Below are positions 18,310-27,159 of a stretch of 43,691 nt of DNA, piece by piece. Source of the DNA: a virus (taxonomy: Duplodnaviria; Caudoviricetes). The notes under the pieces are model-generated. The model was not told the origin of the DNA, searched no databases, and saw only the letters and a program-made list of their open reading frames with translations. Positions within the stretch are counted from its first letter, which is position 1, and every line of letters begins with the position of its first letter. The DNA lies in IMG/VR virus record IMGVR_UViG_3300020045_007943, positions 1 to 43,691 of that record; one strand, given 5' to 3'. The position numbers were made by a program, and so were the translations under genes.

Positions 18310-19591
18310 TGAATTAGGCATAAGCTACAAATTCCAACCCTTATTTGAGCTATTCGATAAAGCTAATTACCCTGATGTAGACACGGTTATTATGACCGGA
18401 GGCAGGTACTCGCTAAAATCCTTCTCAACGTCTATATTCACACTTGTAGGACTTGTAGACCATGATTGGAATACTCTATACAGCAGGTTTACTAATGCTT
18501 CAATTGTGGACAGTATTAAACCGGAGGTAAGTGGCAAAATAGAGTTGTTAGGCTATGATAATTTAGTAGTTGATACTAATACCCATATTGAGACAGCTAA
18601 AGCCAGGATAGCCTTTAAGGGGATAAAAACAGGCAGTAAGGGACAGACCGCAAACCTAAAATCATTATCAGGTTTTAATGTATTTGTAGTTGATGAAGCT
18701 GAGGAGATCCCTGACTATGCTACTTTCAAAAAAGTATTTTACTCTATACGTTCAGAAACAAAAAGAAACTTATCTATACTCATTCTAAACCCTACAACCG
18801 CCAGTCATTGGATATTTAACGAGTTTTTCGAGACACGAAGTATTGAAGCAGGTAGTAATTGCGTGCATGATAACGTGATGTATATTCACACCAGCTACTT
18901 AGATGCGGATTTAGATAAGATGCCTCAGAACATACGCAGGGATTACGAGCGACTAAAAGAAGATAACCCTACAGAATATGAGAACATTGTCTTAGGAGGC
19001 TGGATAACTGAGCCTGAAGGGGTGCTGTTGCCATTGTCTCAAATTAGGTTTGGAGATATGAGCCTTATTGATGAAAGGGATGTGGTTTTTAAATTTGCTG
19101 TAGGAGACCCGGCAGACAAGGGTGGAGACCATTTCTGCATACCATTTGCCCACGTGGTTATAATAGATAATCAGCTATCCGTTTATATAAAAGATGTTAT
19201 ACATAGCAAAGATGGTATTGAGGTTGTTAATGAAAGATCGGCTGAGAAGTCCAGGGAGTTGTTTATGGAGGAAATATACCTCGAAGTTAACGGCGTTGGT
19301 TCCGGCGCTTACTACCTTCTTAAACGGGATTTGTCTAACCACGCTAAGATAAAGCCATTTACAAGCACTATAAACAAAGAGGTAAGGATACTTAGCCATT
19401 ACGAATTTGTAAAGAAATACTTTGTATTTGATAAGGCGTATAAGTCTAATCCTGAGTATGCCGAATTTATACGTCATGTATCTGGTTATGAACGTGAGGG
19501 GGATAATAAAAACAAAAAGGACGCTATAGATGCGCTTTGCAGCATGGCTTATATTTTGAAAATAAAATACAAAAAGTTGCTATATGGATAA
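18302..19591 (+). CDS. terL: Terminase large subunit (PBSX-like)
   Basis: TGGRYSLKS Walker A variant, VFVVDEAEE Walker B, LNP, C-terminal nuclease DPADKGGD...DAIDA. Confidence 0.92.
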   Translation: MSSELGISYKFQPLFELFDKANYPDVDTVIMTGGRYSLKSFSTSIFTLVGLVDHDWNTLYSRFTNASIVDSIKPEVSGKIELLGYDNLVVDTNTHIETAKARIAFKGIKTGSKGQTANLKSLSGFNVFVVDEAEEIPDYATFKKVFYSIRSETKRNLSILILNPTTASHWIFNEFFETRSIEAGSNCVHDNVMYIHTSYLDADLDKMPQNIRRDYERLKEDNPTEYENIVLGGWITEPEGVLLPLSQIRFGDMSLIDERDVVFKFAVGDPADKGGDHFCIPFAHVVIIDNQLSVYIKDVIHSKDGIEVVNERSAEKSRELFMEEIYLEVNGVGSGAYYLLKRDLSNHAKIKPFTSTINKEVRILSHYEFVKKYFVFDKAYKSNPEYAEFIRHVSGYEREGDNKNKKDAIDALCSMAYILKIKYKKLLYG

Positions 19592-19611
19592 AATTTGTAT
19601 ATTTGCGGTAT

Positions 19612-20862
19612 ATGGCATGGTATAACTTTAAAAAGACTAAGGTACAAGGATATGCAGAGCAGGATAACACCGGCGCATGGATGCAATACTTTAGGCAGTA
19701 TTCTGATCTATTGGGTACAGATAAACTGGAGAAATTAAATGATACCAACGCCTACACTTTAGGCACAAGCTTAGCCGAGGTATTTATACCTATTGATGTT
19801 ATAGCTGACAGGGTTTCTTCTGTTGAATACGTGCTTAGATATATTGAAACACAGGAGGAATATAAGCCAAGCCCTAATCTAAAACGCCTTATATCACAAC
19901 CAAACCCAATAGACAGACTTAATGATTTAGTTTATAAATCAGTAGTTTCAGACTATGCAGCAGGGGAAAGTTTTATTTACACTAAAACACCTGACAGCAT
20001 TAAAAACCCGACTATTGATAACATAGCTAACATTTGGGTATTGATGCCTAATGTAACTAAGCCTAAACTAAAAAAAGAAGTACCAAACCCTTTTTTGATT
20101 AAAGACAAAAATGAGTTGATAGAATACTATGCTACTTTCTTTTTAATAAATCACAAGATAGATCCAAGATATATAACTCATCGAACCATAACCGGTTTAG
20201 ATGAGAACTTTTGCGCTAAGTCCCCGTTGCTTAAAGTATCAAGAAATATAAATAATCTTCTTGCTGTTTACCAGGCGCGTTACAATGTATACGCTAAAAA
20301 CGGTAACGGCGGTATACTTAGCCGTGATGCAGGCACTAATTTAGGTGCGATGCAGGACGTTGTAGATCCGGCCACTCGTGAAGATATGCTGAAAGACCTG
20401 AACGACCGTAACGGGATTACCGGAAATAAGAACTTCATAGGCATAAGCTCTATACCCATGAAGTTTATAAAAACGCTTGGCACGATATCTGAGTTAGAAC
20501 CATTCAAAGAGACCGAAGCCGACATGATTACCATAGGAGGTATGATGGGCGTTAATAAATACCTACTGCCAATATCTGAGGGTACTACATTCACAAACCA
20601 ACAGGATGCTGAAAAAGGACTATGGCAGAATGTAATAAAATCACTGTGTGAGGATAAGGCAAAGGACTTAACAAAGGCTTTTTATTTACCTGAAGGAGTT
20701 GCTTTCTTCCCTGATTTTAGCAAAGTAGAGGTGCTGCAGGAGGATAAAAAGACAGGTCTTGATGCAGATAACGTTTTAATTACTAACTTGCAGGCTTTAA
20801 CCGAAGCTGGCCAGGATGTTAAAGCAGCATATGCCAGCCTAAAAGATAAGTACAATGGGTAA
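19612..20862 (+). CDS. Portal protein
   Basis: Position after TerL; LISQPNP, SPL, GGILS, TFTNQ motifs of HK97-like portals. Confidence 0.85.
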   Translation: MAWYNFKKTKVQGYAEQDNTGAWMQYFRQYSDLLGTDKLEKLNDTNAYTLGTSLAEVFIPIDVIADRVSSVEYVLRYIETQEEYKPSPNLKRLISQPNPIDRLNDLVYKSVVSDYAAGESFIYTKTPDSIKNPTIDNIANIWVLMPNVTKPKLKKEVPNPFLIKDKNELIEYYATFFLINHKIDPRYITHRTITGLDENFCAKSPLLKVSRNINNLLAVYQARYNVYAKNGNGGILSRDAGTNLGAMQDVVDPATREDMLKDLNDRNGITGNKNFIGISSIPMKFIKTLGTISELEPFKETEADMITIGGMMGVNKYLLPISEGTTFTNQQDAEKGLWQNVIKSLCEDKAKDLTKAFYLPEGVAFFPDFSKVEVLQEDKKTGLDADNVLITNLQALTEAGQDVKAAYASLKDKYNG

Positions 20863-20989
20863 TGTAGCAACTGAGAATACTGTTAAGAGGTTAGAAAGCG
20901 AGTTAAACAAAGCAAGTAACCCGCATTTAAAGACAGAAATACAGGAGAAAATAAATGCTCTTAAGCAAAATAAAGAGATATTGAAATGA
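20855..20989 (+). CDS. Small hypothetical protein (44 aa, not in ORF track)
   Basis: MGNVATENTVKRLESEL..., overlaps both neighbours. Confidence 0.55.
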   Translation: MGNVATENTVKRLESELNKASNPHLKTEIQEKINALKQNKEILK

Positions 20990-21801
20990 TAAAATGTTTA
21001 GAACTTGATAGGGAATTCTCAACTAAGCACGAAATGTTTAAGGCATTACTTGCTAATGAGAAAAACATAATTGAACTTAAGAAGGCCGCTATATTAAAAT
21101 CAGCGGATAAAGGACAGCTTAGTACATTCAAGTTATTCAAAGTAACAGAGGAAACTAAATCTTTGCTTCAGCTTAAGGAGGGTTATATTTACCCGGTTAT
21201 AAATACTACCAAGTATCTTGACAGCCATGGTGATGTTCACTTAGATGGTATTTGGAATAAATCAATAAAAGAGCAGCAAGGGCATCTATTCTACGCAGCA
21301 GACCATGAGTTAAAAACAACATCAATAATTGCATGGCCTAATGATGTGAATGCAATGATAAAAGATGTTCCATGGTCTTTTGTTGGCAAAGACTTTGAAG
21401 GCACTACACAAGCTCTTATATACGAAATAAAGAGCGATGTTATAGAGCATTCAGACGCTAAGAATATAATTGACAAAAAGCGACCTGTACAAAATAGCGT
21501 AAGGATGCAATATGTTAAGGTTCGTCTTGCTATTAATGACACTGCTAAAGAATTTAGCGAAAATAAAGCATATTTTGATAGCGTAATAGAAACTATAGCG
21601 AATAAAGATACTGCCATTGAGTCAGGTTATTTTTGGGGTATAGAAGAGGCTAAGATAGTAAAAGAGGGAAGCATGGTTATTTATGGTTCAAACGATGCCA
21701 CGCCAATAAGATATACAGAAGCCGCCGAGAAAGGCACTCCTGCTAACGAGCCGCCTATAAGCACTCAAACCGAGAACAAAAACAAAGTAACATTCATTTA
21801 A
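20986..21801 (+). CDS. Putative prohead protease
   Basis: Between portal and capsid; DSHGDV, DH, SV.M, EGSMVIYGSN.ATP match an HK97-type protease layout. Confidence 0.65.
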   Translation: MIKCLELDREFSTKHEMFKALLANEKNIIELKKAAILKSADKGQLSTFKLFKVTEETKSLLQLKEGYIYPVINTTKYLDSHGDVHLDGIWNKSIKEQQGHLFYAADHELKTTSIIAWPNDVNAMIKDVPWSFVGKDFEGTTQALIYEIKSDVIEHSDAKNIIDKKRPVQNSVRMQYVKVRLAINDTAKEFSENKAYFDSVIETIANKDTAIESGYFWGIEEAKIVKEGSMVIYGSNDATPIRYTEAAEKGTPANEPPISTQTENKNKVTFI

Positions 21802-21811
21802 TCTATTTGAA

Positions 21812-23089
21812 ATGAACAACAAAAACATTAGCCTTATAGACGCTCTGAAACAAGCAGGTGCGGATGTGAGTGAGGAACAAAAAGCGTTTCTAAATGCTGT
21901 TGATGTAGCCCTTAAGGCACGTCAGGCAAGCACAGAGGAAAGCTACAGCGAAGCCATGAAAGCCGCAATTTCTGAGGCAGTAGGCGCGCTGGAAAAAGAC
22001 AAAGATGGGACTGTTATCCCAATGGCTACAAAACTAAGTGAAATCGCAGCCTCCCTTGAAAAAATGGAGAAGATGAACACAAAAGTTTTGGGCGACAAAG
22101 AGAAGTACCAGCTCAAAAAGTACGTTAAAGATAACCACGAGGCAATCGTTAAGGCTATCAAAAACGGCACCGACTTACCTGAGTTTACATTTAAAGCTGC
22201 TGCAATTTTCACAACAACATCGGCAATGACAAACGGTTCAGGTGTAAGCCTTCCGCTTGTTGAGAATTTCCTTGTTGAAGATGATATTGCCCGTATTCGT
22301 TACCCGGAGAACTTCATCCTTGATGTTATCCCTAACAGGCAGGTAGCAAAAGTTCCACAACAGGTTATACGTACTGAGCAGGCAACAGCCGAGGGCGCTG
22401 TAGCGGTAGTAGCTGAGGGTGGTACAAAACCACTTACATCAGACACGTTTATCCGAAACACGACCTTACGTAAAAAGTATGCCGGTCGTATCGAATGGAC
22501 TGAAGAGTTTGAGATCGACTTTGAAATGCTGTTTGGCGAGATCGTAAGGCTGTTTGAAGATAAAGTTATCCGTGCATGGCAGGATGGGATTATAGCTACA
22601 ATACAGACAAATGCCGTTGCTTACACATCATCTGTGCTTGATGGTACATTTATAGTTCCTGACAATGCTCTTGCTGTAGTGGCCGGCCAATCTGTAATAC
22701 AAGGTATGTACTTTACGCCTAACGTTGTTATCATGAACCCAAGCGATATATTCGCCACCATGTTTACACAGGATGCTGAGGGCAGGCCGCAGATTAAGCC
22801 ATATATCGTAAACACAAATGGTTCTTACACCATTAACGGTATGCGTGTATTTGCATCGTACAAAATCGCCCAGGGTACAGCCCTTGTAGGTGAAAGCGGT
22901 GTTTACCAGGAATGGCACTCAGAATTTATTTTCAGGGTTGGTACTTACGGTACACAATTCATTGAGAATAAGAAGACAGCGATAGGCGAGGTGTTCAGCC
23001 TTCTACGTATAGCAAACAACGAAAAACCTGCTTGGATGTTGCTAAACCTTGCAGCAGTAAAAGCAGACCTTGAAGTAGTAACCCCATAA
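21812..23089 (+). CDS. Major capsid protein (HK97 fold) with N-terminal coiled-coil scaffold region
   Basis: VAEGGTKP, VIMNPSD, GTALVG motifs; 425 aa. Confidence 0.9.
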   Translation: MNNKNISLIDALKQAGADVSEEQKAFLNAVDVALKARQASTEESYSEAMKAAISEAVGALEKDKDGTVIPMATKLSEIAASLEKMEKMNTKVLGDKEKYQLKKYVKDNHEAIVKAIKNGTDLPEFTFKAAAIFTTTSAMTNGSGVSLPLVENFLVEDDIARIRYPENFILDVIPNRQVAKVPQQVIRTEQATAEGAVAVVAEGGTKPLTSDTFIRNTTLRKKYAGRIEWTEEFEIDFEMLFGEIVRLFEDKVIRAWQDGIIATIQTNAVAYTSSVLDGTFIVPDNALAVVAGQSVIQGMYFTPNVVIMNPSDIFATMFTQDAEGRPQIKPYIVNTNGSYTINGMRVFASYKIAQGTALVGESGVYQEWHSEFIFRVGTYGTQFIENKKTAIGEVFSLLRIANNEKPAWMLLNLAAVKADLEVVTP

Positions 23090-23099
23090 TAAGCAAGAT

Positions 23100-23336
23100 A
23101 TGCCACAGTTTGAGATAAAAACAAAAGAAAGCAAAGAGATCGCAAAGGCGACATTTGATAAAAAAGAGGACTACAAGGTGGTTACTCTTAATTCAGACCC
23201 TACAAAAACAGAACACGTTTTACATGTGCTGCAGGCCGACAGGCTGATAGCTAATAAAAAAGCTACAGCCGTAAAGGACGCTAAGCTTGATGTTAGGGAA
23301 GTTGAAGCAACAGTAACCACAGTTAAAGCAGAATAA
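23100..23336 (+). CDS. Hypothetical head-associated protein
   Basis: Small ORF right after capsid gene. Confidence 0.6.
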   Translation: MPQFEIKTKESKEIAKATFDKKEDYKVVTLNSDPTKTEHVLHVLQADRLIANKKATAVKDAKLDVREVEATVTTVKAE

Positions 23337-23974
23337 TGATTATAGATACTTCATACTTCATTTATAAGCCGGTATTTATACCCGGTGCAGTAGCGCAGCC
23401 AAGCATTGGTGTTAACACACCCAACAGCCTTGTTGAGCTTCAAAGCTTCATAGATGAAAAGGAGTATACATTTTTGTTAAATTGCTTAGGATATGATCAA
23501 ACTACCGAATTACTAAGTCAATTCAATACTAACGGATCTTGGAAAGAGGATGCGATTGAGAAATGGGTTGACTTAGTGGACGGTTTTGAGGACTGGAGAG
23601 GGTTACGGTATACGGTTGGAGCTACAAAAGTAAGCCTTATTGCTTATTATGTGTTCTTCTATTACCTGGGTGATGACTGGAAGGTTTACACAACTACAGG
23701 AGTGCAAGTACCTGATGCTTCTAATTCAGTTGCGGCTGTGCCATTCGATAAACAAGCTAAGGCTTGGAATGCATTTGTAAAGATGTATAATTCGATACAC
23801 AACGGCATCAATAGCCCGGCTTTTTTTAGCAATTGGAACGGTACAGGTATGATGTGGTTAGGTGGTGGTAATGGTAACGAAGTCGATTTGTATTCATACC
23901 TACAAAAAAGGAATGATATATACGATGCATCTAAATTTCAATACCAATCATTTGTAAATCCTAATGGCTTATGA
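23336..23974 (+). CDS. Putative head-tail adaptor
   Basis: Position and size only. Confidence 0.5.
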   Translation: MIIDTSYFIYKPVFIPGAVAQPSIGVNTPNSLVELQSFIDEKEYTFLLNCLGYDQTTELLSQFNTNGSWKEDAIEKWVDLVDGFEDWRGLRYTVGATKVSLIAYYVFFYYLGDDWKVYTTTGVQVPDASNSVAAVPFDKQAKAWNAFVKMYNSIHNGINSPAFFSNWNGTGMMWLGGGNGNEVDLYSYLQKRNDIYDASKFQYQSFVNPNGL

Positions 23975-24483
23975 TAGTGGTTGAGGAACGGTTAGAGCAG
24001 CTATTCTCTTATTTACCTGAGATAAAAGGCTTCAAGCCTAAGTATTACTTTGGGGACGATAAAGAGATAAATGCGCTAATAAAAGCTTCTGATGGTGGTA
24101 TATACCCGCTTATATACCAAACGTCTAACGAATGGACTGAGAACAGCAGGAATGCGCGTGTTGTTGAGGCTAACTTAACATTCGTGCTTGCGGTTAGGAA
24201 CAGAGAGCAGATGTTTAACGGTAGCCGGTGGGCGACAAGCTACAGGGAGGTGTTAAGGCCTTTGTATGAAAATATGAAGATCCTTTTTGCTAAATCTAAC
24301 ATTACCGTATCAGATAAAGACTATACCGTTACCAATTTCCCTAATTACTCTGAAAACGAAACTACAAAAGACAAAAATAAATTCATTGATATTGTGGATG
24401 CCTTAGTAGTAAACGTAACACTTAAAATTACTAATGATTGCATTAACGTAAATGCTTTAAACAATATAAACATATGGCTTTAA
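23971..24483 (+). CDS. Putative tail terminator/completion protein
   Basis: Directly upstream of tail tube gene; YPLIY motif. Confidence 0.5.
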   Translation: MIVVEERLEQLFSYLPEIKGFKPKYYFGDDKEINALIKASDGGIYPLIYQTSNEWTENSRNARVVEANLTFVLAVRNREQMFNGSRWATSYREVLRPLYENMKILFAKSNITVSDKDYTVTNFPNYSENETTKDKNKFIDIVDALVVNVTLKITNDCINVNALNNINIWL

Positions 24484-25457
24484 TAAACGCAGTAAACTGC
24501 AATAAAGAGTTTTTAGGCACCGGCATAGGTACATGCGAGGTGTTTCTGAACAACGAAATGGACGGTGTTATTATCGTGCCAAAAGGATGGTCGCTACCTG
24601 TTACGGCTAACAATGTAGCCTTGACCCTGGCAAACGTGATAGGTCTTGTACAGGCAACTACTTTCGACCCTATCATAGGAGCGATTGAGTTTACCGACAA
24701 TACAGGTGATGCTACCACGCAAGAGTACACAGGCGGTATTACATCGGTAGTAAGAAACGCTAAGCCAACCTATCAGCTTAGGTTTGAAAGTGGCTTAGGA
24801 TTCCACAGGGCGGCATACAGCAAAAACAGCTTTAACCAGCGTAACGTAATACTTGTATTTGGCGGCTACCTTGTAGGTGCTTACTCCCCTGATGGCACTT
24901 TGTTTACAGGGCTTAGCATGAGTATGTTCAACACACAAACTCTTAGGCTACCTGCCGGAGATACGCGTATGGCTACACTTGTAGACTTCCAGCTATCCGA
25001 TGAGGAACAATTCAACAAACGCCTGGCTGTACTTACGCCTGATATGCTTGGATTTGACTTTAGCTCACAGGTACAGGCTATCCAAAACACTACACTAACA
25101 GTTGTAGCCACTGCCGGCGATCCTATACAGGTTACTGTAAACTCACTTAACAATACTAATTACGGTATTGAGGCACTGGGTGTTGAGAACTTCAGGGTTG
25201 TAAACCTGACTACGAATACCGAGTTGGTTATTTCAAACGTTGAAGAGGGTGCCATAGAAGGCACTTATGTACTTACAATGGCTGTACCTTTGGTTCAGGG
25301 AGCTAACATACGTGTTGAGCTATACGATAGTACGGAGAACGTACCGACTGCATTGATTGAGCCTAATCAACTGTACAAAGGTCTACGCACTGCTATAGTA
25401 GCGGCGACCGTAGTTATGGCGGTATTCAGTCCTGTATTTAACTCAATATTCGGTTAA
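24474..25457 (+). CDS. Major tail (tube) protein with C-terminal Ig-like extension
   Basis: Position, beta-rich composition, 327 aa. Confidence 0.65.
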   Translation: MALINAVNCNKEFLGTGIGTCEVFLNNEMDGVIIVPKGWSLPVTANNVALTLANVIGLVQATTFDPIIGAIEFTDNTGDATTQEYTGGITSVVRNAKPTYQLRFESGLGFHRAAYSKNSFNQRNVILVFGGYLVGAYSPDGTLFTGLSMSMFNTQTLRLPAGDTRMATLVDFQLSDEEQFNKRLAVLTPDMLGFDFSSQVQAIQNTTLTVVATAGDPIQVTVNSLNNTNYGIEALGVENFRVVNLTTNTELVISNVEEGAIEGTYVLTMAVPLVQGANIRVELYDSTENVPTALIEPNQLYKGLRTAIVAATVVMAVFSPVFNSIFG

Positions 25458-25460
25458 TAT

Positions 25461-25925
25461 ATGCCGACTAATGTTGAGTTATACACTCAGATAGATGAGC
25501 AGATAACAGATAAGACAACAGCAGCTTCTATTTCCCCTACTAACGTGGGGGAAAATATTAAAGCAGCGATAGAGTACACCGATCAGGAGGTAGCGGCTAT
25601 GCAAGTGCCTTATAAGTCGTATATTGCTGTATTATCTCAATCAGGTACGTCTTCCCCGACATTTACTGTTTTATTTAATAATACAGGTATAACACCGTCA
25701 ATTGGATATGTAGCTGTAGGGGTTACGGGAATAATATTTGCTGGTGCTGACATAAACAAGGTTGTTGTTATACATAGTAACAAATGCCAGTCCGCTAAGA
25801 ACATGCATCAAAATTACTATATAACAGGAAATACTATTTTTAGTAGGACTTACAACTTAGTAAATGGTGCGTATGAAAATGACATGCTTTTAAATACGCC
25901 TATTGAAATTCGCATATATAACTAA
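25461..25925 (+). CDS. Putative tail decoration protein
   Basis: N-terminal helix, then YKSYIAVLSQSGT..P...IEIRIY beta domain. Confidence 0.45.
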   Translation: MPTNVELYTQIDEQITDKTTAASISPTNVGENIKAAIEYTDQEVAAMQVPYKSYIAVLSQSGTSSPTFTVLFNNTGITPSIGYVAVGVTGIIFAGADINKVVVIHSNKCQSAKNMHQNYYITGNTIFSRTYNLVNGAYENDMLLNTPIEIRIYN

Positions 25926-25930
25926 ACACT

Positions 25931-26191
25931 ATGAAATACGATAACGTAAGTTTTAGTAAGGACGGGCATAAGGCTTTTAAAGCATTGCCTGAACAACAAC
26001 AAATTTCGTATCTTAGCGAACGGTTAAGCCCTAAAAATCCTGTTAGGGCAGCTAAATTGTTAGGATATGAGTATATCAGCAGCGGAGTGGATACGAAGAG
26101 CGTCGAAAATAAATCAGTCGGTACTACATCAAAAAGTAACGGAGCTGGTGGAGAGGGACGCAAATCGGGAGCTACGGAAAGCAAAGATTAA
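25931..26191 (+). CDS. Hypothetical protein
   Basis: Fills gap; C-terminal part overlaps next ORF. Confidence 0.5.
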   Translation: MKYDNVSFSKDGHKAFKALPEQQQISYLSERLSPKNPVRAAKLLGYEYISSGVDTKSVENKSVGTTSKSNGAGGEGRKSGATESKD

Positions 26192-26525
26192 CGAATTTGA
26201 ATTTGGCTACCGTCCATCTCACAAAAAGATAGGCAAGTACCGTAGTGATTCGTATGCCTTTATTAAAAATAATCAGAACCCCCTTGCAGGATATGGCTAC
26301 GTTGACCTTATTCGCACGGGGGCTACTGTTAATAGCCTGTTTCCTATTCGTAGTGGTGCGATTGGTTATAAGTTCGATAGCGGCAACGATTTATGGAGTA
26401 CCCTAACAGGAAAATATGGGCAGGACATACAAAGACTTAACCAAAAAACATTCAACACCATACAGCGTGATATATATGCGCCTGACTTTATCCAACACAT
26501 AAAGAAATTCTTATCAAATGCTTAA
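26067..26525 (+). CDS. Putative neck/tail completion protein
   Basis: Basic protein with DLIRTG motif typical of morphogenesis proteins. Confidence 0.5.
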   Translation: MSISAAEWIRRASKINQSVLHQKVTELVERDANRELRKAKINEFEFGYRPSHKKIGKYRSDSYAFIKNNQNPLAGYGYVDLIRTGATVNSLFPIRSGAIGYKFDSGNDLWSTLTGKYGQDIQRLNQKTFNTIQRDIYAPDFIQHIKKFLSNA

Positions 26526-27159
26526 ACTCCTATCCCGATTACGCCGCCGTTCCGTTACCCCTAAGTCGCATATACTTTACTCAAACTGCGATATACCCGC
26601 ACGGCTATTCTTCAATAACCTAAGCGCCGGTGATTTGTCCGTATTGGGTACTGGCACAAAGGAAGAACTACAAGCTGCCTATTACAGCATACTTGACGAG
26701 TATTGCGAACTGGACAATAACACCGCTTTTATAGAGGCGTTTAAGAAAGAGGAAATAATTAGCCTGATACAGTCGGATATAGCCAACATCCGATCCGCAT
26801 TGCAGGTTATTGTGTACGCTGAATTAAGTAAGGATGAGCGTATATCTATTATTGATAAATTAAACGAGTGGAAGCCACCGCACGCAGTCGTAAGGTTTGA
26901 CAAAGACAAGCCTATTAATGAAGAAGTGGTTAGGATTAGTAAAAAGGTAATAGGGGGACTAAAAAACTATCTTAACAAAGAGATAAGCACCCGTAAAAAG
27001 CGGATTGAAAAGGTTAAGCGTACATTTGAAGCTGACTGTGTTTCAATACACGCGTGCTTGGGAACAAAAATAGATAGTGATGTTACACTAAGGTTGTTTA
27101 TTGAGTACAGTAAATTGGCAATAGAAATGAATAAAAAAACAAGTCATGGCAGAAAATAA
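26518..27159 (+). CDS. Putative tail assembly chaperone
   Basis: Helical protein immediately upstream of tape measure. Confidence 0.45.
   Translation: MLKLLSRLRRRSVTPKSHILYSNCDIPARLFFNNLSAGDLSVLGTGTKEELQAAYYSILDEYCELDNNTAFIEAFKKEEIISLIQSDIANIRSALQVIVYAELSKDERISIIDKLNEWKPPHAVVRFDKDKPINEEVVRISKKVIGGLKNYLNKEISTRKKRIEKVKRTFEADCVSIHACLGTKIDSDVTLRLFIEYSKLAIEMNKKTSHGRK

Noticed and set aside
18395-18425. Atypical TerL Walker A (GGRYSLKS) as sign of inactivity
   Set aside because: Key R, K and S residues, Walker B and nuclease acidic residues are retained
25931-27159. Programmed frameshift in tail assembly chaperone genes
   Set aside because: No convincing slippery heptamer found by eye at the ORF overlaps
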